DNA from: Candidatus Undinarchaeota archaeon
GTDB lineage: Archaea > SpSt-1190 > JASMDC01
Direction of reading: 5' to 3'
NCBI GenBank assembly: GCA_964519305.1
Contig: CAZFHY010000001.1
Location: 346,132 to 410,131, forward strand
Length of the DNA stretch: 64,000 nt
Shown: positions 36,778-46,926 of the stretch, piece after piece
How positions within the stretch are numbered: position 1 is the stretch's first letter
Layout: each line of letters opens with the position of its first letter
Notes under the pieces: model-generated
Databases searched by the model: none
The model's input: the letters and a program-made list of their open reading frames with translations, nothing else
Told to the model about the DNA's origin: nothing
Position numbers and translations under genes: made by a program

Positions 36778-37689
36778 ATGAGGCTCAAAGTAGACAAGCT
36801 GTGCAAGTCGTACGGCGGCAGGGAGGTGCTCCACGAAGTGGACCTCACCGCGAGGGAGGGGGCGCTGACCGTCCTCCTGGGCCCCAACGGCGCCGGTAAG
36901 ACCACCACCCTCCGGTGCATCTGCGGCATCCTCATCCCTGACAACGGAACGGTGCTCCTGGACGGCACCGACGTGCGCGCGGACCGCCAGCGTGCACGCA
37001 AGGCCATGGGCTACCTCCCGGAGGAGAGCCACGTGTACGACGACATGGCGCCACTGGAGTACCTGCGGTTCTTCGGCCGGCTGCTCGGGATGGACGGGAC
37101 CGACCTAGAGGCGCGTGCCGAGGACCTGGTCAAGGAGTACGGCCTGCAGGGTCACGCAGAGCTTCCCGCGCGGGCGCTCTCCAAGGGTCTGCGTCGGCGG
37201 CTGGAGCTTGCGCGCACACTGCTCCCTGATCCGCCGGTGCTCATTCTGGACGAACCGGCCTCGGGCCTGGACCCTGCCAGCTCGGCAGCGCTCAACCAGG
37301 AGCTGCTGTCGCTCAAGCGCGAGCGCACGGTGCTGGTGTCCACCCACCTCCTCCTCGACGCCGACCGGCTCTGTGACGACGTGGTCATCATGAAGGAAGG
37401 CCGTGTGGTGACCGCCGGGCCCAAGGACGTGCTCAAGGAGGCGCTTGCCGCCGAGCGTCGGTACGTGCTGGAGGTGCTCGGAAAGGAGCCAGCGGGGAAG
37501 GGTCTGGAGATAGAGGGTCTGCCCGGGGACCGATGGAAGGTCGTGTACCGGGGGACGCCGGCCGGTTTTGCCGCGCTCACCGGCCGCCTGTCCAGGTCGG
37601 GCGAGGTGGTCCGTGTGTCCGTCGATGAGCCGGGGCTCGACGACGTGTTCTTCCACGAGATCGGGGAGGTGGACGCGCCATCGTCCTGA
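36778..37689 (+). CDS. ABC-2 type transporter ATP-binding protein
   Basis: GPNGAGKTT, LSKG, ILDEP and STH motifs. Confidence 0.95.
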   Translation: MRLKVDKLCKSYGGREVLHEVDLTAREGALTVLLGPNGAGKTTTLRCICGILIPDNGTVLLDGTDVRADRQRARKAMGYLPEESHVYDDMAPLEYLRFFGRLLGMDGTDLEARAEDLVKEYGLQGHAELPARALSKGLRRRLELARTLLPDPPVLILDEPASGLDPASSAALNQELLSLKRERTVLVSTHLLLDADRLCDDVVIMKEGRVVTAGPKDVLKEALAAERRYVLEVLGKEPAGKGLEIEGLPGDRWKVVYRGTPAGFAALTGRLSRSGEVVRVSVDEPGLDDVFFHEIGEVDAPSS

Positions 37690-39494
37690 GGGGCGCCCTG
37701 GAGCTGTCCCGTCAGGAAGCGCGCGTGCTGGCCGGCTCCCGTCGGCTCTCCCTGGCACTGCTGGCGGTGCCGCTGCTCTCCCTGGTGGTGCTCTCCGCCA
37801 TGCGGACGAGCATGGAGCGCGAGCCTCCGTCGCTCAGGGACGTGTACCGGCTGGGCCGGTCGGGCGATCCCCGGGCCGATGAGCTGTTCGCCTCGCCGCT
37901 GATCGAGATGATCGCGTTCGCCGATCGCGACTCTGCCCACGAGGCCCTGCTCACAGAACGTATCGACGGCTACCTCTGGACCGATGAGATGGACGTGCAT
38001 GCACAGTACGGCATGTCACGCCGTTCCCGTGCCCTCCGTCGGCTGATGACCGATGTGCTCGAGGTCACAAACCTCCGTCTGTTCGAGCAGGAGGCCGCCA
38101 AGCGACCGCTCCCCGACGTGCTCCTGGCACCCCTCCTCATCGACTCAGACGCGCTGGACCGAGGGACCGGTTTCCGTCCGGTACCACGGGAGGAGACGCC
38201 CAGCGGCAACGTACGTCCCGGCCCCGGCAGCGTGCCCGCACCGCCGTCCATCGATCCCTCGCTACTGGTGGCCCGGCCTCCGGGCGAGGCCTACGCGGCC
38301 GACGACCTTGGCGAGCGCCTGGCACGGCCGGACACCGTGGAGGAGGGTGAGGAGCTGGCCGTCCCACAACCGGGCGGTACCAATCCAATCGCGGGCCTCA
38401 TGGCGCCTCTGGGCATGCTCATCCCCATCCTGTTCTTCGCCTCGTCCTTCGGCGTGTCGCTCACCGGCTCGCGCCTGGGTGGCGGGTACGAGGTGCTCTC
38501 TGCCTATGTCCCCCAACACGCGATCATGGCCGGGAAGGCCGCACCCCACGCACTGCTGGCTGTGGCGGTACCCGTGATCCTCTCGCTGGTCCTTGCACCC
38601 CCTGCCCGCGCGTCGCTCCCGCTCCTCGTACTGGCCACGACAGCGGTGGTGGCGACGTTCTTCGCCCTGACGGCGGCTGTATGCGTCACGACCTCTTCCT
38701 ACGCCTCCATGTCGGCCAGCCTCTCGGTGGCCTACTTCCTGGGGACCGTGGGCCTGCTGCTCCCCACCCTGCTGTCCGGTGTGCACGACGTTGCGTTCTA
38801 CTCGCCGCTGACCACCGTGCTCCATGTTCTCCGCGGCGAGCCACCGGGCGCTGAGCAGGTGGGCCTGTCGCTGTTCTTCCCCGGCGCGTTCTCGCTGGCC
38901 ATGCTGCTGGGCGTGCTTGGCGCCGCCCGCGGTACGGTGACCGGAGGCCACACCCTGTGGGAGGCCCTTGTGCTCGCTACCCGGGAATCGCTCCCAGCCG
39001 GTCGCCCATCGCTCCTGGTGGGCATGCTCACGGGCGCCGGTACCGTGTTCCTGGGGCTTGCGGGCGAGGTGGCGGTGGTGGCCCTGGCCACCCTGGTCCG
39101 CGTCCCGTTCATACTCCTGCTAACGGTCCTGATGGGCGTAGAGGAGGCCGTGAAGGGCGCTGCGTTCCTACTGCTCCACCGCGCCGGCCGCCTGCGCTCG
39201 GACGCGGGCGACGTGGTCCCCTTGGCCCTTGCCGTGGGTGTTGGGTTCCTTACCTTCGAGAAACTGTACAACATCGCGTTCATCACACCGTTCGTCGGTC
39301 TCGAAGGCGTCGCCCAGACCCTCGAGACACTGCTCATGCTCCCCATCCTCCCCGTCTCGCTGGTCGTCCACGGCGTGTGCACTACTGTGTTCGCGCTCGT
39401 GTACCTGCGTAGCCACCGCGTATCCCTCGCGCTGGCGGTGGCCACCCTCCTGCACGCCGCATACAATCTCGCGGTGGTGATGATGTGGATGTAG
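37686..39494 (+). CDS. ABC permease fused to PrsW-like intramembrane protease domain
   Basis: Multiple TM helices; C-terminal EEAVKG, GVGF...EK, H and HAAYN motifs; start is CTG 37686 or GTG 37725. Confidence 0.75.
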   Translation: MRGALELSRQEARVLAGSRRLSLALLAVPLLSLVVLSAMRTSMEREPPSLRDVYRLGRSGDPRADELFASPLIEMIAFADRDSAHEALLTERIDGYLWTDEMDVHAQYGMSRRSRALRRLMTDVLEVTNLRLFEQEAAKRPLPDVLLAPLLIDSDALDRGTGFRPVPREETPSGNVRPGPGSVPAPPSIDPSLLVARPPGEAYAADDLGERLARPDTVEEGEELAVPQPGGTNPIAGLMAPLGMLIPILFFASSFGVSLTGSRLGGGYEVLSAYVPQHAIMAGKAAPHALLAVAVPVILSLVLAPPARASLPLLVLATTAVVATFFALTAAVCVTTSSYASMSASLSVAYFLGTVGLLLPTLLSGVHDVAFYSPLTTVLHVLRGEPPGAEQVGLSLFFPGAFSLAMLLGVLGAARGTVTGGHTLWEALVLATRESLPAGRPSLLVGMLTGAGTVFLGLAGEVAVVALATLVRVPFILLLTVLMGVEEAVKGAAFLLLHRAGRLRSDAGDVVPLALAVGVGFLTFEKLYNIAFITPFVGLEGVAQTLETLLMLPILPVSLVVHGVCTTVFALVYLRSHRVSLALAVATLLHAAYNLAVVMMWM

Positions 39495-40636
39495 GTCCAG
39501 TTGTACTCGTGGGCTGGCGCGAGCTCCAGCGCCTCCTGCGCGACCGGACGTTCTGGGTGCTGTTCTTCTTCCAGGTGCTCATGGTGGTGTTCGCCCAGGC
39601 CATCGTCCACAACTACGCCGCGCTCCTGTTCCCGTCCGAGGCCGGGGAGCCGCCGGGCGGGTGGCGCATCGGCGTGGTAACGTACGGCGAGCGTCCGTCC
39701 GTTGGCAACGCCCTGCTCGAGCGCGAGCAGCTGTACGCACGAGGGTACAATAGCCTCACCCAGGCGGAGTTCGCGTTCATGGAGGGACGTATCGAGGTAA
39801 TCCTGGTGCCCCCACCGGAGCTGGGCGATCAGCTGGGCAGGCCGGTGCACGTGGGCATGTCGCTAATCCACGACCCGCGCAGCCTGCTCTCGTCATATAC
39901 CCGGAACCGGCTCGAGGAAGCACTCGTAGAGCTGTCCCACACACTTGGCTTCGAGCGACTGCTGCAGGAGGTGCCCGCCGTACCCCAGGTGCGCGTGACG
40001 GGTGTGAACGAACCTGCGCCCGATGACGACCGCGGAGCCCCACCACTGCGCTCGGTGCGGCCCGTGCACGCGCTCTACGGCTTCTTGGTACCGTTCATCT
40101 TCCTGTTCCTGGCCATCAACGCAGGCGACGTGCTCATGGAAGCGCTGAGCCAGGACACCGAGACGCACAAGCTGGAGCCGTTGGTGCACACCCTGTCGCC
40201 AGGGATGGTGGTGCGCGGCAAGGTGGCAGGCGCCCTGATGCTGGCGTGCGCGCAGGCGGTGCTGTACATCGTCCTCCTCGAGACACAGGGCGTCCACATG
40301 GCGCATCCTGTGCTCATGATCGGGTACGCGCTGTCCCTGGCACTGCTGCTGGCGGGCGTGGGCCTGGCAGCAGCGGCGGCCGTCCCCGGGCGACAGGAGC
40401 TGCGGTTCGTGTACTTCGGTGCCATGTCGGCGGTGTTCGTCGTCAACCTCACCCCGCTTCCTCTTCCCGAGAGCGTGATAGCGCTGGTCCCGTCCGCCTG
40501 CCTGGCGACGCTGGCGTACTCGCCGGTGCTCGGAGCGCCTGTGATAATCTCGTTCGCCGTACTTCTTGGATCAGGGCTCATGCTCGTACGTATGGGTGAG
40601 ATATGGTTCGATGCGCACCCGGAGCGGTTCGTGTAG
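39485..40636 (+). CDS. ABC-2 type transporter permease
   Basis: RELQRLLRDR..TM, extracellular loop, LE.L...GK motif and multiple TM helices. Confidence 0.8.
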   Translation: MDVGPVVLVGWRELQRLLRDRTFWVLFFFQVLMVVFAQAIVHNYAALLFPSEAGEPPGGWRIGVVTYGERPSVGNALLEREQLYARGYNSLTQAEFAFMEGRIEVILVPPPELGDQLGRPVHVGMSLIHDPRSLLSSYTRNRLEEALVELSHTLGFERLLQEVPAVPQVRVTGVNEPAPDDDRGAPPLRSVRPVHALYGFLVPFIFLFLAINAGDVLMEALSQDTETHKLEPLVHTLSPGMVVRGKVAGALMLACAQAVLYIVLLETQGVHMAHPVLMIGYALSLALLLAGVGLAAAAAVPGRQELRFVYFGAMSAVFVVNLTPLPLPESVIALVPSACLATLAYSPVLGAPVIISFAVLLGSGLMLVRMGEIWFDAHPERFV

Positions 40637-40649
40637 GACCGGGGTGCGG

Positions 40650-40952
40650 TCAACCCAGTCCGGCGGGCTGCAGGTCACCGAGCTCTGCGACCAGGGCCTG
40701 CGCCTTCTTGGAGTACTTGGCGATGATCGCGTTGATATCGGCCTCGGTGATGTCCGGGTCCTTGTTCCGCAGCTCGGAGCACGCCTCCAGAACGAGAAGG
40801 TCGATGTGGTGGGCGGGCTGGCTCCGGAACCGCCACAGGATATTGGAGATGATGCCGCCGTCGGTGGGTTTCTCCCTCTCCAGCTTCGCCTTGTAGGGGG
40901 CGAGCGCGCCGCGGATGCGCTCACGGATCGCGGCGAAGTCCTGCTCGACCAT
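40650..40952 (-). CDS. Hypothetical protein
   Basis: 100-aa helical ORF with an upstream CCTTTA TATA-like site. Confidence 0.6.
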   Translation of the reverse strand: MVEQDFAAIRERIRGALAPYKAKLEREKPTDGGIISNILWRFRSQPAHHIDLLVLEACSELRNKDPDITEADINAIIAKYSKKAQALVAELGDLQPAGLG

Positions 40953-41035
40953 GATGAGGGTATGTGGCGCTCGTGGTACTAAAGGTTTTTGGTCGGGAGG
41001 CCGCTATTCTGCGATTATCGTGCCGTTCTGCGACA

Positions 41036-42145
41036 TTACGGCGCTGGCGGCATCCATTCCGTGATCACGTGGGCCAGCACGTCCCGGACCACCGGCAGAC
41101 TGGCAGCGTCCACCCACTCTTCCTTTGTATGGTCCCCGCCACCAAGAGGCCCGTATACAACCGTCGGGATACCACGTGCGCCCACTACGTTCTCGTCGGC
41201 GACGGAAGGTCCCGCACGCCACACAGCGTCCTTCCCGACCACGGCCTTGATCGATGAGGACATGACATGGGCCATGGCTGAGCCGGGATCGGTCCAGTAC
41301 GGGCGCAGGAACGGCGTGGGCCTGTCGGCCAGCCTCGCTTCTACACGCACCCCCTCGGGCGGTTCCGGCAGGCCATCTCTGAGCCCTGCAAGCGCGCTCT
41401 TGGGCGTCTCGGGCGGCACCAGGTGCCGGTCCAGGGTGAGCGTGCACCGCTCGGGGACGGTGAGCCCACGCGCCTCTGCGTGGATGCCCAGCGGGGCCAT
41501 GCTCGCGGGTCCGAGGTGCTCGTGGGTGGCCAGGGGCACGTCCCCCAGGGCCTGGAGCACCGGTGCTGCGGCGGTCACGGCGTTGGCACCGTGCTGAGGT
41601 GACGCGGCGTGTGCAGGCCTGCCGTACAGGTCCACCTGGAGCACGGCCCGGCCCCGCCTGCCCAGACACGCCTCCTCGAGTCCGCCGAGCTCGGCCGACT
41701 CCACGGAAACGCACCCGGCGACGTCGTCGAGGAACCCGCTCTTATCGAGCACGTTGGCACCCTGGCTGACGTTCTCCTCGTCCACGGTGAACGCTACCTT
41801 CACCGCATGGGACGTATCGCCCCCCTCGAGCGCAGAGAGGAGACATGCGATACCGCCCTTCATGTCGTGTGACCCGAGCCCAAGAAGACGGCCACCGTCC
41901 TTGCGGAGGGTGAACGGGTCGTCCCATCCCGGCTCCGGCGCCACTGTGTCCATGTGGCCAAGGAACAGCAGCGACGGACCACCACCCTTGGTGCCCAGTA
42001 CGTTAGCGCGTCCATCGGCCACCTGCTGGCGCTCGACCGCAAAGCCACGCTCCCGCAGCAGGTCGGCGAGCAGGTCACCGATTGCCCCCTCCTCGGGGTA
42101 GGGCGAAGGTACGGCCACCAGCCGGGCGAGGAGGTCCTCGATCAT
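41036..42145 (-). CDS. M20 family metallopeptidase (ArgE/DapE-like)
   Basis: GHMDTV, GLGSHDMKGG, DEE, G..AHA and H..EE motifs. Confidence 0.92.
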   Translation of the reverse strand: MIEDLLARLVAVPSPYPEEGAIGDLLADLLRERGFAVERQQVADGRANVLGTKGGGPSLLFLGHMDTVAPEPGWDDPFTLRKDGGRLLGLGSHDMKGGIACLLSALEGGDTSHAVKVAFTVDEENVSQGANVLDKSGFLDDVAGCVSVESAELGGLEEACLGRRGRAVLQVDLYGRPAHAASPQHGANAVTAAAPVLQALGDVPLATHEHLGPASMAPLGIHAEARGLTVPERCTLTLDRHLVPPETPKSALAGLRDGLPEPPEGVRVEARLADRPTPFLRPYWTDPGSAMAHVMSSSIKAVVGKDAVWRAGPSVADENVVGARGIPTVVYGPLGGGDHTKEEWVDAASLPVVRDVLAHVITEWMPPAP

Positions 42146-42232
42146 GGGTGCGTGGGGGCGGAACAGTAATAAAACACTATCGGCCGGACGGTCGAATATA
42201 ATACCAGTAGATTATAAGGTCACTTGCGGCCC

Positions 42233-43033
42233 TTACCCCGCCATTAGCACCTGGAACGCGTCACGCAGCCCCGGCCCGAACCCGAGAACGAACGCTGCCA
42301 GCTTCACGAACCGTGCCATCTGCCGGTCGTCGACGTCCTTGTCCACGACGTACACGACCAGCACCGCGAGAGCGGCCTTCACGGGCAGGAAGATGAGGGG
42401 TGTCCCGGCCATATTGAACAGGAGGTTGGGGACCACGTGCTGCTCCTTGAAACCGATGAAGGCCAGGCCGATGTAGGTCGCCGAGGCATCGAGGAGCTGG
42501 CCAGCGATCACTCCGATGTTCTCAGGGATTAGCAGTTCCTCCCGTCCCGAGAGCGCCAACACCTGGTACACGAACAAGGTGCACAAAGCCGTGAGGCCGA
42601 ATATGGCGGCGAACGCCGTGGGACGAAGCAGGACCATCAGCGGCAGGTGCATGAGCAGGAGAACCGTTCCTATGTACGCAGACGCCTTGTCCCAAGGTGT
42701 CTTGTTCACGCGCTCGATCTGGTACCCTATCGCTATGGAGATGACCGTGACGATGAACGACGTCCCGTAGATACCGGGACTGACGGTAAAGATGGACCGC
42801 GGGTACACGTGGATGTCCACCATAGCCCGCACCAGGCATGTGAGCACGATATACGGCGAGAAAGCCAGAGCGAACCGTTCTACGGTGATGCGCTTGCGCT
42901 TGAGGCCCTCGAATATTACGTAGATGAACGCTACGAAACCTATGGCGTAGGCCGTCGTGTTGACCATGTTGTAGCCGGAGCCCGTGCGGATAGGATCGAG
43001 GAAGTACGTCCGCACGAAGCCGGCAGGGTCCAT
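42233..43033 (-). CDS. DUF63 family membrane protein
   Basis: GYNMVNT..Y, SPGIY, LDASAT.IG, EQHV and LGFGPGLRD motifs. Confidence 0.85.
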   Translation of the reverse strand: MDPAGFVRTYFLDPIRTGSGYNMVNTTAYAIGFVAFIYVIFEGLKRKRITVERFALAFSPYIVLTCLVRAMVDIHVYPRSIFTVSPGIYGTSFIVTVISIAIGYQIERVNKTPWDKASAYIGTVLLLMHLPLMVLLRPTAFAAIFGLTALCTLFVYQVLALSGREELLIPENIGVIAGQLLDASATYIGLAFIGFKEQHVVPNLLFNMAGTPLIFLPVKAALAVLVVYVVDKDVDDRQMARFVKLAAFVLGFGPGLRDAFQVLMAG

Positions 43034-43034
43034 A

Positions 43035-43532
43035 TCAGCCACGCCGCCATGTCTGGAGAAGGTTCCAGATGTTCTTAAGCTGGCCGTCGATGATGTCCAG
43101 CTTCTTGTCGAGCATGTCGATGCGCTGCTCGAGCCGCTTGATGGCCTCTTCGCTGGCGGCAGGTGCCGCGGCAGGTGCGGCGCCGGCCGGAGCGGCACCC
43201 TGCATGAGGCCCAGCAGGTCGTTCATGTTACCCTGCGGTTGCGCTCCCGGTACCGAGCCGGGCGGTGCCAGCGGGCTACCCGGCGGCTGCATCGGCATCC
43301 CTCCGGGTCCAAGCGGCGGCTGCACGGGCGTCGACATCGGCGACTGGTGGTCCTTTAGGGCCGAGAAGGGATTGAGCGGCGCCAGAGGCGGCGGCGCTCC
43401 CATCCCCTGTGGATTCTCGGGACCCAGTGTGGGCTGTGTGCCCGGCGGGGGCGGCGGCGCGCTGGGCTGGGGCCCGAGCGGCGTGTGCTCCTCCTTCTTC
43501 ATGAACCGTTCGACTATGTCCTGCATGGTCAT
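43035..43532 (-). CDS. Pro-rich protein with C-terminal coiled coil
   Basis: ATGA-coupled within the operon; Pro/Gly low-complexity region then heptads IKRLEQRIDMLDKKL. Confidence 0.7.
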   Translation of the reverse strand: MTMQDIVERFMKKEEHTPLGPQPSAPPPPPGTQPTLGPENPQGMGAPPPLAPLNPFSALKDHQSPMSTPVQPPLGPGGMPMQPPGSPLAPPGSVPGAQPQGNMNDLLGLMQGAAPAGAAPAAAPAASEEAIKRLEQRIDMLDKKLDIIDGQLKNIWNLLQTWRRG

Positions 43533-44230
43533 GGTGTACCACCTGCTGCCCAGGTAATTATGTTCTCCGCCAGCCGGGCGCTCCCGCGCATGTAGCGGCT
43601 GTCGAGCAGGGACGCGTCGCCCAGGGCGACGACACGGCCCTTGCCTTCGTTCTGGAAGGCGAGAACGGGGTAGTAGTGTGCGGCCTCTAACGCCACCAGG
43701 GACCGCTCCTCGAGGGGCTCGTCACCCACCCAGACCGGTGTGGCCCCATCGCTGCTGGTCACCGAGCACCCGAACCGTACCCGCACGGTCCCTACGCCCT
43801 CGAGCACCGGGTGGCGCAGGAGCACGACGTGGGCCGCGTGGACCATGTCCTTGCGCAGCGGTACGCTCAGGCGGTCGGGATCATGGTGTAGCAGCTCCTC
43901 GCCGAACACCATCCCGAACCGGAACGCCAGCGCGTTGAGCACGTGCGAGCTCTGGTGGAGCCCGCCGCCCATCCCAACTAGGACGAGCCCGCCGCCGTTC
44001 TTGACATATTCCTGCACGGCCGCGCTCTCGGCCGGCTGGAACACCTGCCGGGGCACGGCAACAACTAGCACATCACCAGCGAAACAGTCATCGAGCTCGC
44101 TGGCCTCCTGAACGCGCAACCCACCGGACACCAGCTGACGGGCAAGGAGCCGGTACGACGGGTCCTCGCGCTTGCTGATGGAGTAGTATTCGTCATGCGA
44201 CGCATCGAACACAACGGTGGGAGCGGTCAT
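43529..44230 (-). CDS. GIFT/DUF4350-like (GldG/IFT52-like) domain protein
   Basis: VVFDASHDE, YVKNGGGLVL and GKGRVVALGD motifs. Confidence 0.7.
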   Translation of the reverse strand: MTAPTVVFDASHDEYYSISKREDPSYRLLARQLVSGGLRVQEASELDDCFAGDVLVVAVPRQVFQPAESAAVQEYVKNGGGLVLVGMGGGLHQSSHVLNALAFRFGMVFGEELLHHDPDRLSVPLRKDMVHAAHVVLLRHPVLEGVGTVRVRFGCSVTSSDGATPVWVGDEPLEERSLVALEAAHYYPVLAFQNEGKGRVVALGDASLLDSRYMRGSARLAENIITWAAGGTP

Positions 44231-44237
44231 GATAAGG

Positions 44238-44960
44238 TCACCTGAACATACTGGGCTCGTCGGGTGTGCTCTGCGACACCTCGTGGATCACCTGGTCGAG
44301 CCGGTCCTCGATGCGCTTTGCGCCGTCGAGCAGCGGCTTGGCATCGATACCCCAGTCGTACATGGCGTCCAGCGCCATGATTAGGTGCGCTGCGGCCCGG
44401 GCGTCGGAGAAGTCCTCCCGGGTTCGGATGAGAAGGCTCATCGTAGGGATCCGGCGCTTGGTGCACTCAAGCAGAAGCGTGCCCGATATACCACCGATCA
44501 TCCCGTGGTCGATGACGTTGATCTTGGCCTCCTTGGCCCGGTCGCTCAGTCCCGGATCGTTGGTCATGGCGTAGACCTTGTTGTCAGCCTCCTTCTTGGA
44601 CTTCACGCCCTCGATTGAGATCACCGTCCCTACGTCGTGGACCTTTGCCCAGTCCGAGATGGTCCGTGCCGCCGGGAACACCAGGGTGCGCGGCATCCTG
44701 AACTCGCTCGTCATGAGGTAGAGCTCGTGCGGGTGCGACTGGTAGATGCGGAACGGGTGGCTCGCGGTGTTCTCGTGGACCACGGCCACCGGCGGGAGCA
44801 CATCGGACTCGAAGTGCCCCATCCGCTCCATCTTGAGCGCTGTGGAGATGTAATGCGAGGCGATGTTGCTGACCATCCCCGAGCCCCGGAAACCCTCGAT
44901 GAGCACCGGTCTCTCGAACCGCGATTCCTTGTCAACGACTATCCGTAGTTCCATGATCAT
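44238..44960 (-). CDS. Proteasome assembly chaperone (PAC2) family protein
   Basis: IEGFRGSGMVSNIA, PFRIY, GGISGTLL and D.RAAA motifs. Confidence 0.88.
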   Translation of the reverse strand: MIMELRIVVDKESRFERPVLIEGFRGSGMVSNIASHYISTALKMERMGHFESDVLPPVAVVHENTASHPFRIYQSHPHELYLMTSEFRMPRTLVFPAARTISDWAKVHDVGTVISIEGVKSKKEADNKVYAMTNDPGLSDRAKEAKINVIDHGMIGGISGTLLLECTKRRIPTMSLLIRTREDFSDARAAAHLIMALDAMYDWGIDAKPLLDGAKRIEDRLDQVIHEVSQSTPDEPSMFR

Positions 44961-45859
44961 ATCTCCAGTGACATCAGGTCGAAAGCGATATCTGTGGCGG
45001 GGAATACCTCCCGCGCCTCTGCGAGCAGGGCGTCGGAATCATCGTACCGCTTACTGAAATGGGTGAGGATCAAACGCTTGACGCCCGCCTCCTTGGCAAC
45101 GGTTGCGGCCTCCACGGTGGTGGAGTGGCCGAACTCTTTTGCCCTGTCCGCGTCCTCTGCCGAGTAGGTGGCCTCATGCACCAAAACGTCGGCGCCCTGG
45201 GCGAGCTTGCGCACAGCACCGCACGGCCGGGTATCGCCCGAGTAGACGACCTTTCGCCCGGGGACGACACGGGACGCCACGTCCTTGGGCTTGATGGTCT
45301 TCCCATCATGCTCCACGGTCCTGCCCATCTGCAGGCGGGAGAGTTGCGGTGAGTTCTCCAGACCGAGCTCGGCGGCCTTGGCCCGGTCGATCTTGAACCG
45401 GTCCTCCTCGATGAACGCATAGGCCACCGCAGGTACGTTCCCGTGCTCCACGGGCGCGGCCTCCACTCGGAACCTGTCCGTCGAGTACACCACGCCGGAC
45501 CGGACCTCGCTGGATTCCACGTCGTAGTTGAGGCTCTGGTGGCCGAGGTGCGTGATGCGATCGAACTCCACCGTGGCGCCCCGGGGACCGTAGAGGGTGA
45601 CGCCCTTGGTGCGCTCTGCAAGTGACAGGGAGAACAGGAACCCGGGCAGGCCGAAGAAGTGGTCACCGTGGAAGTGGGTTATGAAAATCTCGTTGATGCG
45701 CATGAACTTGGCCCCGGCCTCCTGGAGCTTGACCTGTGCGTTCTCCCCACAGTCGAATAGGAACACGCGACCTTCGTGGGACAGGACCATGCCGGTGTGC
45801 CCCCGTTCCGGGGTCGGTGCACCGGCGGCGGTCCCGAGCATGGTGATGTTCATCGTCAT
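44957..45859 (-). CDS. rnz: Ribonuclease Z
   Basis: LGT..P..R, FDCGE, THFHGDH, YSGDT, HEAT, HST and LTHFSKRY motifs. Confidence 0.95.
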   Translation of the reverse strand: MTMNITMLGTAAGAPTPERGHTGMVLSHEGRVFLFDCGENAQVKLQEAGAKFMRINEIFITHFHGDHFFGLPGFLFSLSLAERTKGVTLYGPRGATVEFDRITHLGHQSLNYDVESSEVRSGVVYSTDRFRVEAAPVEHGNVPAVAYAFIEEDRFKIDRAKAAELGLENSPQLSRLQMGRTVEHDGKTIKPKDVASRVVPGRKVVYSGDTRPCGAVRKLAQGADVLVHEATYSAEDADRAKEFGHSTTVEAATVAKEAGVKRLILTHFSKRYDDSDALLAEAREVFPATDIAFDLMSLEI

Positions 45860-46860
45860 GGACGCTCCGCCACGCAGATATGCCGGGTCAGGCTCCCGTG
45901 GACGCGAATGCGGACACCCTGCAAATACTTAAACCCCACGTCACGGCACAGCGACTCCAACGGCACCTGCTGCGGCGCGCCCAGGCACAGACGTCCTCCC
46001 GGCCGGAGCACGGCGAACAATGCCGGGAACACCTCGGAGAACAGGTCCTTGAGACCGACACCCCACGTGGACGCGGCCCTACCATAGGGCGGGTCCGTGG
46101 CGATGCAGTCCACATTGCCCTCGCCGAACACCTCGGTCACGTGGCGCGCGTCGCCGGTGGCCATGAACGCTTCCAGGCCCAGGTGATCGAGATTGGCCTT
46201 GGTGCCCGCTACCATCTTCCGGTCGATGTCGGACGCGAGCACCTTGCAGCCCACCATGGCGGCCTCGATCGGGATGCCCCCCGTCCCGCAGAACGGATCG
46301 AGCAGGACCTTGCCTGATCGGGCGCCCGAGAGGTTCACCATGGCACGAGCGAGCTTGGGCGCCAGACTGGACGGGTGAAAGTACGGTCTGCGGTCGGATT
46401 TGCGGTCGTCGAACGTACCGCGCTGGTGGGCTAGAGCCCCCATCACGGCGCCATCGGGCGTGGCGATCACCCGGAGCACGGTGTCCGGACCATGCAGGTC
46501 GACAGGGGCCCCGGCCCCCTCGCAGATCACGGCGCCCAGCCGCGGCTCGAGCCGTGTGGCACCGCAGTCGAACGCGTTGGGCACGGTCGTGAGCCGGACC
46601 ACGAAGCTCCCAGTGAGCTCCGGGGGGGAGTCAGCGACGGCCGTGATGAGCTCCTCGGCAGTATCTGCGGTCGTGATGAGCTCGCCGAGCTCGGGCGTCA
46701 GCCCCATGCGCGTGGGCGGTGGCCCGTCGAGGTCGAGCACGGCCACCCGACCCAGCGATCCGGCCTCCCGCCACTGCACACCGTCGGCCGCAAGGCATGC
46801 CTCGAGCTCCATCCGTGGGAGGGGTTCATGTTCGCCTGATAAAAGGAAGAACGTGCGCAC
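45856..46860 (-). CDS. tRNA (guanine10-N2)-methyltransferase, Trm11/TrmG10 family
   Basis: LSGEH, THUMP region, RPYFHP, DPFCGTGG, TDPPYG and VHGSLTR motifs. Confidence 0.9.
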   Translation of the reverse strand: MRTFFLLSGEHEPLPRMELEACLAADGVQWREAGSLGRVAVLDLDGPPPTRMGLTPELGELITTADTAEELITAVADSPPELTGSFVVRLTTVPNAFDCGATRLEPRLGAVICEGAGAPVDLHGPDTVLRVIATPDGAVMGALAHQRGTFDDRKSDRRPYFHPSSLAPKLARAMVNLSGARSGKVLLDPFCGTGGIPIEAAMVGCKVLASDIDRKMVAGTKANLDHLGLEAFMATGDARHVTEVFGEGNVDCIATDPPYGRAASTWGVGLKDLFSEVFPALFAVLRPGGRLCLGAPQQVPLESLCRDVGFKYLQGVRIRVHGSLTRHICVAERP

Positions 46861-46926
46861 ATTCCCCGCGGCCTTTCAAAAGGTATATATACATAGACCC
46901 TTGCTGAAATTGACGGGGTACGGTAC

